From Nemertoderma westbladi (lineage: Eukaryota > Animalia > Xenacoelomorpha), in assembly GCA_032718475.1 (NCBI GenBank), contig JAUCBJ010006979.1:1-37756 (forward strand): a stretch of DNA of 37,756 nt, given 5' to 3'. Shown piece after piece: positions 22,188 through 33,449 of the stretch; positions within the stretch are counted from its first letter, which is position 1; every line of letters begins with the position of its first letter. A program made the position numbers and the translations under genes. Below the pieces are notes generated by a model. That model was given only the letters and a program-made list of their open reading frames with translations. It had not been told where the DNA came from and did no database searches.

Positions 22188-22612
22188 TTGTCCGTTGCGT
22201 GCGCAGTTCGGGGCGTAGGCGGTGTAACGAGTCCAGCTGTAGATCCCGGATTGCCGCGCAACACCCCCTCTATCCCGTTATTCTGGTGGGTCCATGGTGC
22301 ATCCACATGACTTCGACGACAGGGGGTTTTATGTTCTCAGTCGCGTTATTCTGGTGGGACTGTTGCGTGGATTTTGGGGCGTAGGCGGTGTAACGAGTCC
22401 AGCTGTAGATCCCAGAATGTTGCGTAACCCCATCCCACATGACTTCGTTGGCTGAGCTTTATGTTGTTGGGAGTATTATTCTGGTGGGTCCCTGGTGCAT
22501 TCCACGTGACTTCACTCCCAGGGTCTTCATTGTCCGTTACGTGTGCAGTTTGGGGCGTAGGCGGTGTAACGAGTCCAGCTGTAGATCCCAGATTGCCGCG
22601 TAACACCCCTTT
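22188..22612 (+). repeat. Modular tandem repeat in the BEL pol-accessory intergenic region
   Basis: Identical 38-mer GGGGCGTAGGCGGTGTAACGAGTCCAGCTGTAGATCCC at 22210, 22376 and 22552, interleaved with TTATTCTGGTGGG x3 and CCAC(A/G)TGACTTC x3. Confidence 0.9.
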
Positions 22613-23180
22613 CACAACAAAAATTTACCAAAGAAGATGATTGAATGTAGTTGGAAATGATGAAAAGAAACAGACAACTCTACTATAAACCGAATGATGA
22701 CGCGTATGATGATGAAAATGTAATGATGCGCACCCTGGTGCTGCGCTTATAACAAATGATGATAGCCGGGGGGCTATAACCCCAATGATGACGTGGAAAT
22801 AAATGAAATGTGAAATAAATGTGAAATAAATGAATAAATGGTGGAACTAAATGATGAAATATGTGTTGAAATAATGAAATGTGAAGTGAAATAATAATGA
22901 GAAATGGAAAAAGACAAAAAAAAAATGTATAAAATGTATTAATAAAGAATTGGAAAAAGAAGAGGACATAAAAAGTCATAAAACTGGTTGGATATTAATG
23001 TATAGCTATAGTAACTGTAAATGCTGAATGTATTAGCAATAAGATGGTAGATGCCTATATAGCAATGTTATTTAATAAACTGAATTAAAATTAAACTGAA
23101 TTATTCTGCAATCACTATAGTTTCAGACTTTCTGGACTTATAATTAATTGATCTAATTTGCAACGGACATAATCGTAAAT

Positions 23181-25787
23181 ATGGACCCAAATCGCCAAAT
23201 TATCGGCGAATTACGTAATACGATAGATCTACTGGAATATCCGCAACCTGGATCCCCTAACTTTGATACAAATTGGAACGCCCTGATAAATGAGAACGTG
23301 CGAGTCGTTAAATTCACCGGGCGAGAGGGACCGGACTCCAAGAATCTACGAGCCCTCCGGTTGGCCGATGCTAGTACGAGACTGAAAACAACTCGGAACG
23401 CAAAGGCCACCGGAGAGGACGAGATGTCGTACTGGGATACGTTCCGGCAAAGCGTCTACAAATCCCGATGTCTGATATACGACAACGAAGGAAACGCGAC
23501 GCCTACCTCAAAAGCGATTACGTTGGCGAGATGTCAAAGTTTCGTCGACGATAAGAGTACGTACCTCGCCCACTGGAGAAACCTGTCGGAGTGTACGGCG
23601 ACGCTACGAGAGGAACGTATATCGATCATCCAGAATCGCGACGACTACCAGGAAAAGTACGGGGCGAAAGAATACGGTCGATCCTTGGTCGTCGTCCTCG
23701 GAACCCTGGACGGTTTGGTATTGGTGTGTCGAATATTCCTGACACCCAGGCAGGAAGTGCAGGCAGCCGGAGCGATCTGGTTACTACCTCCGGAAGTCCA
23801 AAAGATCCTCTTCGACTTCGACATCATTAAAATTGGGTCGGATATAAAGGCAGACGTCCGGAACGACTACGCGAACGCTCCTTTAGGAAGAGACCGTTGA
23901 GACGACCTCAACGCCCTTAGTCATTGCGTCGACACCCAAACGCTATTAGCCTGGTTACGATTCGCCGAGTTCATGCGAGGTTTCCGCGAGGTGAGACCGA
24001 CGAAATCCGGGATCGGCTACCTCGCCGTGCTAAACGGCGGCATCGACTTCAAACCTCAGAAATTCCGGGATTATAATAAAATATATGATGGATACCCGGG
24101 ATTAGAAATAAAGAGCGAGCGAGAGGGTCGATGGAAGGACGTTGAGAGAAAGTGGACGTTACACCAAAGGTTGGAGAATCCAGATCGACGGAGCTACATC
24201 TACGTCGTTATGGAATCATACACCGTCGCTAAGTTTATATGTAAAACTCTCGACAACCTCATTACGGCGGTTCCTCTTTCCTTCGTCGACTATGACTGGA
24301 ACGAGGTTATAAACCACGCGTTTAAAGCGGTCGAGAACATTACACCGGGAGAGACGAAAACGCTCACCGTTATCGATTCCTGGGACAAGAAAGGAACCTT
24401 ACAACATCCCTACGATTACCGATCTTCTCGGCGCGGAGGAGCCTCTGATTTCTTCGGAAGGGGAAGAACTATGGCTACAGGAGGGCGTTCTATTAACCAC
24501 CCCAAAGCGACAACTCGAGCCGGAAGCCGCGTACGGACCGGCTGCCAAACGGGTTGCCTCCGCCGAGCCTGCGACGGAAGCGGGCGCTTCCTTCCCACGC
24601 GGCTCCGGTAGCCCTGCGAGGGAGGTAGCCACTACCTCCGCATTGAGCGACTTCGGTGACATATGCCAAAGGTTATCCCCATATCCTTTCCCGGGTGGCG
24701 AAGAGTGGTCTTTGGAGATTCCGAGTACCAGCAATCAACGGTCCCGCTCAGCGATACTGGTTGAAAAAGGTCCCAGCGCTGCGCCGACTCCCGACGATCT
24801 CCTCGGTATCCCTCCGTCGAAAACCCCGGCACCTCTTCGCCGACCAGTGGTGGCTACTACACCTTCCGTTCCTCAGGATCCTATGCGATTAACCCGTTGG
24901 TACCCGAGCAAACCGAATGGATCCACCGTCAGAAACGGTCGTCCGAGTTGAGACCGGCAGGACACAAAGAAGGTTATCGGAGCGAGAACCTACTACGCAA
25001 AAGCCCAGCCTTTCGCGGGCTACCGGCCACTGCGAATATTCAAAAGAGCGATCGACGACTCGAGTACTACGTCGGCATTCCGATTCCAATATTCCCCGGT
25101 CGAGAGATGCAGCTGGAGGTGTGCGGTAACTGCGGTTCGGAGCAGTGCCCACGTGGTAGTAGAAATCGGGTTACCGATTCGTGTCTCCAGCTCATCGGGA
25201 TACTTTATTGCCCATACTGTGCGACATCGGGCCACGACGTTTCTGTCTGTCCGATCCTATATAACCTCTGCACTACGTGCGGGTTCCGTGGACATTCCGC
25301 TAGCCCCCGCTGCTATATCAAATGTCCTACTAAAGACGTTACCGCTATGGGAAATATGGTCATGTTTGAAACCTACGCAAACAGCCACATAAGGACCAAG
25401 GTTCGGAGAAACGCTCGGAATATCGCGCAGGAGATGCAGATGGCGTGCGGGTATTTCTCCTTCCCGGAACGCCTCCACACGTCGGCCACGCTACCTTTCC
25501 ATTACATGGATCTGTTGCTGAGCGCCGGATTATTCGGCCCATTCGAAGTCATTAGACGCTTATACTCGTATAAAGAGGAGTTCGGTGACGGAGAGTGGTT
25601 CCTAGAGGCGCGCAACACCGAGTTGGAAAGACGAACCGATATGATCCCGATGCCATCGAAAGGAAGAGCCGCCAGGAGACAAGCCGAAGCGTTGCTCACG
25701 ATGGATGTTGACGCTCCCCTTCCAGCTCTAGCGATCGATGAGAGTCGACGGGCGAAGAGGAGAAAGGCGTATCAAAGAAAGAAATAG
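23181..25787 (+). pseudogene. BEL accessory ORF, copy B (~869 codons): DEDDy/WRN-like 3'-5' exonuclease, Pro-rich linker, triple zinc knuckle, basic tail
   Basis: ExoI-like IYDNE (23481-23489); LPPEVQKIL.D.DIIKIGSDIKAD (ExoII); VDTQ; GIGYLA...GIDFK; ExoIII-like YVVME (24201-24215); knuckles CPYCATSGHDVSVC and CTTCGFRGHSASPRC. One in-frame stop (23898) and two mutually compensating frameshifts (~24400, ~24920). Confidence 0.8.
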
Positions 25788-25965
25788 TGGACCGGGATAT
25801 TCCAGGAACATTTATTGAACATTTATTTTTATACACATATATATCTATAAACTCTAGGCCAAATTAATTAAGACTATGCAATATTAAATTTGGGTTTTTT
25901 ATATTGGGAATGACCTACGCAAACTCAATCTACCGATAGACCTCACGAAGGTCATTGGGGGGGAC

Positions 25966-27457
25966 TGTTCGCGGTATTTCAACTTTTCATAACGCGAGTT
26001 GAATATTTTTTGTATTTATTTAAAATGATTATTCCGATATCACTACTGGGTGCGGGACCATGGGTTTTGGGCACATTCTATGAACTGGGGGCGATTTATG
26101 GGCGAACATTGGGGCAACTTACAGGGTATGGGAATAATTTCATATTTATAAGGGCCAGGGGTGGGAGGCAAAGTTAAGCAGTATTCAGGTTAGCCTGAGT
26201 ACTATTAGGCCCTGGCCAACTTCCTGCTGCCTGTAGAGGTGGATTTGGTAACGCGCCAGGCCTAAAGGACAAGGACTGCCCTTAGCGGCCCCTGGCCAAC
26301 AGCAGTTATTACGAGCCTGAAAAGGACATCGGAACGCCGGCTGCTTGCGCCAGGGATTCGCGACGGGAAACGACAGCCCCCTTAGCTAAGCCGTACTGGT
26401 TCTCGATGACCGATCCCTTCGGGGTTCGCGAGGGGTGGGACGGACATGCGAAAGGGTGGCCGACTAACAGAGGACGGGTTTGACGAGGACTGCCCTTAGC
26501 GGTCTCTGGTCAACAGCAGTTATTACGAGCCTGAAAAGGACATCGGAACGCCGGCTGCTTGTACCAGGGATTTGCGATGGGAACCGACGACAGACCCCTT
26601 AGCTAAGCCGTACTGGTTCTCGATGATCGATCCCTTCGGGGTTCGTGAGGGGTGGGACGGACATGCGACGGGGTCGAAAGACAAAGGACTGGACGCTACT
26701 GGCCTACCGACTGTTCGGAGCAGTTTCTCGGCTGCCGAAGCGACTACGAGCCTGAATAAGGACTCGGAAAGCCTAGGTGGTTGGGTCTCTGCGATGAACC
26801 GACGGACCCCTAGCCAAGCCGTACTGGTTCTCGATGATCGAACCCTTCGGGGTTCGGGAGGGGTGGGACGGATACGCGAACGGGTCCACCGACATGACAG
26901 ACTCCTAGCCAAGCCGTACTGGTTCTCGATGATCGATCCCTTCGGGGATCGGGAGGGGTGGGACGGATAAGCGACAGAGTCTACCGACTGGACCGACCCT
27001 TAGCCAAGCCGTGCTGGTTCTCGATGATCGATCCCTTCGGGGTTCGGGAGGGGTGGAACGGACACGCGACAGGGTCGACCGACACCGACACTACGGCACT
27101 AAGACCAGGACCAAGGGAAAATCTGGGGAACATTAGGTAGGCTAAAATCTGAGCGAACAGTGGGTAATTAAATAATATACTGTAGGGATTTATATTGTCG
27201 TGTATAATTATTGTGAATATTTGGTGTATATTGATTTGGGGAAGCCCAATTAATTATCAATCAGGGATTCAACTGTAGGAAGTTACATTAAAGAGTATAT
27301 CCAACCAATGCAATTTTTCCTCAACCGCAATCCTGCATTCAAGATATCATTCCTTCTCCACAATCAATATCCGGTGACTGGCCGGGACTCTGTGGTCTGT
27401 AAAGTCACGTCTCCAGCATCGGCGTTTTCCCCCCTGGTGTTTGGGATAACGGCAACA
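25966..27457 (+). repeat. 3' LTR of BEL element (1492 bp, 5 hairpin-repeat units)
   Basis: Follows the PPT; ~68-bp core starts at 26383, 26600, 26811, 26906 and 27001. Confidence 0.97.
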
Positions 27458-27462
27458 TGTAG

Positions 27463-29349
27463 CAGCCCTCCCAGCCAAAAAAATCAAGAAAAAAAAGGAA
27501 AAAAGGATTTCATATTTTCAAAAATAAAGGAAAAAAAGGATAGGATGCAGTTTAAAAAAAAGGAAATAAAGATAGGATGCAGTTCAAAAAAAAGGAAAAA
27601 AAGGATAGGATACAATTAAAAAAAATGGAAAAACTGAATAGATATTATCTTTACAAAAATAATACTGTAGTAAACATTATGTCTTTGTGCTGTTTCTTGA
27701 TTTATTTTATTAACATTACTGAGTGTATATACTATGAAGAATCCCATTAAGAAACTGTTAATGAAAGTTAAGAAATATAAACACAGAGGAAAGAGAACAA
27801 CAGCAATGGCAATATAATTAATATTAATTATAGGTAATACATTAATATTATTAATATAATTATACTACACAGATATTTTCACCTTTTTTGCCTACAGTAG
27901 TTATCAGAGATGGTCGAGCTCCGCCGATTGATGGTCATTGATAGAGGTTTATCAAACGCACAAAAAAGTTATATAAAACCTTTGGTACGGATTTCCGGCT
28001 ATATCCAGGGGAAAATGGACGCAATTAACAGCTGATTACGAGCAAAAATGAAACTGTATCCGTGTTATAGACTTTCTTTTATTGTTTTGGTTCGAATAGA
28101 CTGCCACTGCAACCTGTTCCTTTCCCTAAATTGAAAATCATCATTGTTGATTCTCCAAGGCGGGTTTTGCGTCAATTATAATAAATCACACGCTAAAAAT
28201 GTAGCTGTGGAGAGAACTTTAATATACATATTTTATACACAGATTCCACACACTTCAGCGCCAAAACGCACTCAGCACGAGTCACCATATCAAGAGGGGG
28301 CAGTGAATGGGGGATAAGTGTTTGCTTGGATACGGTTATAGCAGGTTGTATTTCTAAACAGTCTAGATTATTCTCACTCGATGAAGCAGACAGAGGAGCG
28401 CTAGAAGATAAAATAGGTTGTTTGCTAATGATAAGCCGGGGAACGCCAGCCATTGACTTGATGTTCTTAACATGTGCTGGAGCTCGATGGTGCTGGTGTA
28501 TTGCAGAGATTCCACCTGACTTTATTGATATAGTCTTACGACATGGTATACAAAATGTTAAATGATTATCTTCTTTCACAGAACGGAAGACTTGTTCGAC
28601 TTTCAGGTGGGGTTCAGTGGGTAAACTCAAGGAGTTCCATTCAGTTCGCCACCTTGACATCATGCGAATTCGGAACAAATTAAAATAAATCAACAGGCAA
28701 AAATATATAATAGTGATACTAAGCACCAAGCGAAGGCAACAACTATAAACTTCCAGATAGGCACTATCTACTATAGAATGACAGGGATACGTAACATGTG
28801 CAGTGCTAATTAGTTACATCGGTATAGTTAAGTATGATTGCAGATAACAGGAAAATCACTTGTTCACGTATGTAATAGAGGATAGAGCTGTATCTGCCAT
28901 TTGCCAATTAATTTAATATTTATGACTATGGCAGTATGGTAATTGTAAAGGTAACGATACCGGTACATTGTTATATTAGTTTATTACCAAGGAGTATGCA
29001 GTATGGTAATTGTAAAGGTAACGGTACTACAGTACAATACTGATAGTATATAGTAAGTACTGAAACCATCATATGGAACTACAGTCAGACAGTGGTACAG
29101 TAGGCCTAGGGTACCGGTATTTGATTAGTCTGCAAGACCTGTCCAGCTATCTCCCCGCTGCCCTGTAGTGAATAGAACATGTTATTGTTACACTTACTGC
29201 CGGCTATTTTCTGAACTAAAAAAAGGAAAAAAAGGTGTGAAAATGGACAAAAAAAAAGGAAAAAAGGAAACATTCTAAAAAAAAGGTAAAAAAGGAAACG
29301 TTCTAAAAAAAAGGAGAAAAAAGGAAAAAAGGAAACTCTGGGAGGCCTG
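27463..29349 (-). mobile_element. Internally deleted hAT-like DNA transposon with 6-bp TSD
   Basis: 12-bp TIRs CAGCCCTCCCAG / CTGGGAGGCCTG (11/12 match); ATGTAG on both sides (27457-27462, 29350-29355); AAAAAAGG subterminal repeats at both ends. Confidence 0.75.
28225..28665 (-). pseudogene. N-terminal fragment of a hAT-type transposase (BED-like zinc finger)
   Basis: FCIPCRKTISIKSGGISAIHQHHRAPAH followed by VTRAECVLALKCV; no catalytic domain remains. Confidence 0.7.
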
Positions 29350-29488
29350 ATGTAGTACTGACTGACATATAGCAGTTCAATCTACAACCAACGCCATATA
29401 TAGTTTACTAGTTTAAACCGCAACCAGGGAGCAATTGGGTCTACCAATATACATGAAAGTTGAGAAACGTTCCTGACAAACATTACAG

Positions 29489-30066
29489 TTACCGAGTCTC
29501 CCCACTACGGATACATTTGTGGCGCTTTACATGATGTCGGTGGGAGAAACATTTCCCGCATGTATCGCAGCTAAACGGCCGTTCACCTGTATGTGATCTC
29601 TTGTGGCGCATTAGATTGCTACTCTCCGTAAATTCCTTCCCACACGTGTCGCACACGAACGGACGCTCTCCGGAATGCGTCCGCTTGTGCGAGGTTAGGT
29701 GGCCTAGTCGAGAGAAACGTTTCTGGCACTCATTGCAGTTGTACAGTCTCTCCCCATTGTGGGTCCGCTTGTGCTCGGTTAGGTTGCTTAGTCGAGAGAA
29801 TCGTTTGTTACAGATGCCGCATTGGTAAGGACGCTCTCCGGTGTGGATCCGTTGGTGTCTAATTAGGTCGCAGTTATATGCGAACGTCTTATCACAAGTA
29901 TCACAGCTGAGCGGCTTCTCATTGCTGCGGCTTCCTTTCATAATGTCCTGCGGTTGAATCCCAGAGGGACCAGGTTGGTCGAAGGAATTATTCATACTTC
30001 CCGGTGTTACGTCATCATCGGAAGCGAGCATGTCTGGATCATCAGGGGATGGTTGAGATTGGTCGC
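29489..30066 (-). CDS. Last exon of a host C2H2 zinc-finger gene (4 C2H2 + 1 C2HC fingers)
   Basis: Five fingers with TGERP-type linkers; acceptor TTTTCTCTAG before 30066 (phase 1). Confidence 0.9.
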
Positions 30067-30448
30067 CTAGAGAAAATAATGGCGTAGATTGCAAATGTAG
30101 AATATTGGAAACGAGAATAATTGAAGTAATTGATGTAATAATTAGTCAATAGAACTTGCTAATTACTGTAGTTTTAAATTCATATATGTAAATAAATAAG
30201 ATTTTCGATTCGACATTGTAAATTAATACGTGTGAGGTTTGATACTTAAATTACTAAAAAAACATAAAATATAAAATAAGCACCATTAATTACTGATACT
30301 GACTGAAATATTATAACCTGTAAAGGGATATTAGAAAATATTGCAGCACTGATTAATGTGATTATGGAGTGTCTCGGAAAAACGGAATATTTTAAGTGAT
30401 AGACGCAATAGTTAGGACTTATTTATAAGACAGCGATTCAGATATGAA

Positions 30449-30899
30449 CTCTGGAGTCCCGAATAGACGGGGTGGGTGGAAAAATTTTATTATGCTAATA
30501 GTCGGGGTGGCTGGAATAAACGTCGTGGGTGGAAAATTTAGGCCTACTTACTTAACATACAGTATAGGCGTACAGGTACAGTAGTATCTACGGCTACCGG
30601 TGGTATACTCGGCACACGTTGTTTTCTTTCACTTTCAAATCTAAATTATTATGAGAATAAACGTTTATTTACTTAATAAACGTTTATCGTTTATAAACGT
30701 TTATAAACGTTTAATAAACGTTTATAAACGTTTATTTTCTTTTTAGAATAAACGTTTATTTACTCATAATAAAAAATGTACTAATTTTTTTTAGAAAAAC
30801 TTAATAGTCGGGGTGTCTGGAATAAGAGAATTGTGGGTGGATTTTTTTACAAAAAATAATAGCCGTGTCGCCTCGCCCCGTCTATTCGGGACTCCAGAG
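30449..30899. mobile_element. Tc1/mariner (pogo-like) MITE in the zinc-finger gene intron
   Basis: 24-bp TIRs CTCTGGAGTCCCGAATAGACGGGG; right flank TA, left flank AA; internal ATAAACGTTTAT palindromic repeats. Confidence 0.85.
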
Positions 30900-31250
30900 T
30901 AATCGCAATAACTTGTGCGACGCAGAATGAATTCCCTTGTATTTGTATTTCTTCATCTGGATAATAGAGTCCAGCTATTTCTCTGACAAAGCTAAAAATG
31001 GGATGTCTCTATTCTGGAGTATTGTTTGCAATTCGGCGAGTTTGGGAAATAGGCTTCGTATATTATATTTGTTATTTGGTGAGAAAGGCTTCAGGCTAGA
31101 TTGAATTTAATTAAACCAGATAAAAACCCTAAAAAACAAAAACTAAATTCAGAACTATCATAACTGTCACTATAAATAAACAATTACTCTGACCAGTTTG
31201 GGGGCAATACGGACTAAACGATGTTTACAATACAAATAATAGTAACTCAC

Positions 31251-32320
31251 CGATACTGGAAACTGTCGATTTAGAGGCCAACAGGAGGTTGTAGGTGTTG
31301 GGAAGGTTTAAGTTGAAGTCGTCTAGAGACTGAGTAGTGAGGGTTGGTGAAGAGTTAGTGTCTGTTAGGGGACCATGAGCGGTGTTGGGAGACAGGGAGT
31401 TAGAGTCCGGGAGGAGATTCTGCTGAGCTGAGTGGGTGGTCGAAGCATTAGTGTCTGTACTGTTCCATATGCTACATCTATAGGGGAGAATAAATGGCCC
31501 AAGCCATCGCCAACCTCGTTTAGGTCGGGTTTATATTCCAGTTCGTCTTCCGTCTTAATGCGTAGGATTACCGGAACATCTGACTGGTCTGCTGATAGAG
31601 GTTGGGTAGAATAATGGTTTGAGTTGGTTGTGGTAACTGCGGGGGTCCGTATAGGAGGATATGTTGTTATAAGATAATAAAGTTGAACTGGCTGTATTAT
31701 TACTCGATTCAGATTCAATGAGGTTTGGTTTGGTGTCTATCGGACTCAGTTTGGGATCCACTTGTCTTTGTTCTCCCGGGAGGTCTGTCTGGTTGAGATG
31801 TTGTAACCTCACCACAGGGTGCATAGAGGAGGGTTCGGTAGGTGGCGTGGGTTGATTCGAGTATCGAGATTGCGGATGCTTTCCTGTCGCAGGATTGTAA
31901 TTGTGGTGGTACGTAGTTGTCGACGCCGATTCCGTCAATGGACACTGTGGCATACTGGTCTCGTGGTACCCGGCAGTCGGTACAGTGTCCGGTGATTGGG
32001 TCGTGTTGTGAGACAAATCCGTGGTGGTGGCGGCGTTGTTAGACCCAGAGGTGAGTGAACGCAGCAGCCACTCGGTAATATGACCTGCCGTACATTTATT
32101 AACAACATAATCGTCCAGAAAACTCGAGTTCGCGTCCAGGTATTCTTCGAGAAACGTCCGCACAAACGGACCATTTTCCGAACAGATGTTCGCGAACATA
32201 GATTTGGTAATTAGCAGTGCGTTGCCCGACTCACAAGTAAACCGTTCCATTATCTGACAGTCTGATTGTTGTCGCTTAAAGAGTTCAGGTCCTCCCGGTT
32301 CGAGAAGCAATGGATATTAA
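31251..32320 (-). pseudogene. Upstream Ser/Thr/Pro-rich exon of the zinc-finger gene, with apparent frameshifts
   Basis: Donor G|GTGAGT at 31251 is phase 1, matching the 30066 acceptor. Coding-like sequence (IKTEDELEYKPDL, IDTKPNL) is spread over three frames; candidate acceptor TTCAACAG before 32320. Confidence 0.55.
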
Positions 32321-33449
32321 CTGTTGAAGATTTAATATAGGCCTAATGAGCTAGGTGTAGGACTGTAGGTGCTAGGTAATACAGTAATACTGTAATATGC
32401 AAGGCCTATAAAAGAAAGGCTGTGCAGCCGACTGCAGACTGGTACGTCCTGACAATTGAGGGCCTAGACATTTATTAAGACGTAGGCCTATACAGGTACT
32501 GTATAAGAACAAATTACATCAACTTCAAAAAAAAAATTTCATCTGTTCATGTCTACGTTCTACGTAGGACTGTTGCTCCTATGCTCTAAGAGCAAAGAGG
32601 GTCGGGATGAGACAGCGGGGTTTGGGAGAGGTTTTGGGTGCGGTGAGGCGGCGGCTTCAGTTTGGTCTCCTTCGGGCGACCTCTCTGTGTCTCCGGGGTG
32701 GTAGGAGGCCGTGGCGGGGCCTCGGGTTTGGGGATGGGGCGGGGATTCGGGGTGTTGACCCAGATATGTACTGATTGCATATCTGTTTCTTTATTGTAAA
32801 TATTTATTGTTAACCTGTGCTTCAATCTTAATTATTCTACTTAATTAATTTGTGATCATTTGAGCTTCGCCAGATTTTATATTTTATTTTATTAATGGAA
32901 TAATAAATATTAGTTGTGTGTATTTTGCCTGTATATAATAAATATAAATAATTTTATCTACGTAGGACTGTAGGATTAAAGGCACAAATTGAACTTACAC
33001 TTAAAACAAAACTACTATATTTAAAGCAACAGTATTCTGAATTTCAATTTAGATAATAATGTTCAGTTATCATTCATACAGTATGCGTACCTGTGACAAA
33101 AGGAGCAGGTTACAGTGGCGGTGTTTTCTAACCAAAACAGTAAACTAAACTAGATTACTTAATTAACGGAAAGGAGCAGGTTACAGTGGCGGGCTTTTTA
33201 ACCAAACAAATAAACAATATCTCAATAACATAGGTTACTTCATACTTACAATCTTATTTTTGCAATACGAAAATACCATATGAACTATAACTTAATGTTA
33301 TACTGTAATTTAGATAAAACCATTTTATTTCTTCGACAATAACCCCCCCCCCCCCCCCCCCCCTTATTATTACAGTATTACTGAGTCCACTGTATGCATA
33401 AAGTTTTCGGTCTGCCCCAACCAAAAATTTTGACCATGGACCACCACTG

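Larger units (their letters stand above)
9394..27457 (+). mobile_element. Full-length BEL/Pao LTR retrotransposon, decayed, with nested insertions and an accessory exonuclease ORF
   Basis: TGTT...AACA LTRs at 9394-10361 and 25966-27457; 5-bp TSD TGTAG at 9389-9393 and 27458-27462; G-rich PPT 25957-25964; gag-PR-RT-RNaseH-IN with BEL-diagnostic motifs. Confidence 0.97.

Noticed and set aside
22188-22612. Repeat as a twister/HDV ribozyme or coding repeat
   Set aside because: Catalytic-core consensus not found on either strand; the ORFs are short with no recognisable motif.
23181-25787. Accessory ORF as an env glycoprotein
   Set aside because: No evident signal peptide, furin site plus fusion peptide, or C-terminal membrane anchor; the cysteines form CCHC knuckles.
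26383-27070. LTR repeat array as a CRISPR array or hammerhead ribozyme array
   Set aside because: Eukaryotic LTR context, spacers related to each other and irregular in length, no cas genes; CTCGATGA resembles CUGAUGA but no GAAA core follows the stem.
32586-32825. Pro-rich minus-strand ORF as first exon of the zinc-finger gene
   Set aside because: No convincing splice donor linking it in frame to the downstream exon.
33340-33449. hAT-like terminus (…GGACCACCACTG) with poly-C tract
   Set aside because: No matching opposite TIR or TSD found, so no element can be delimited.
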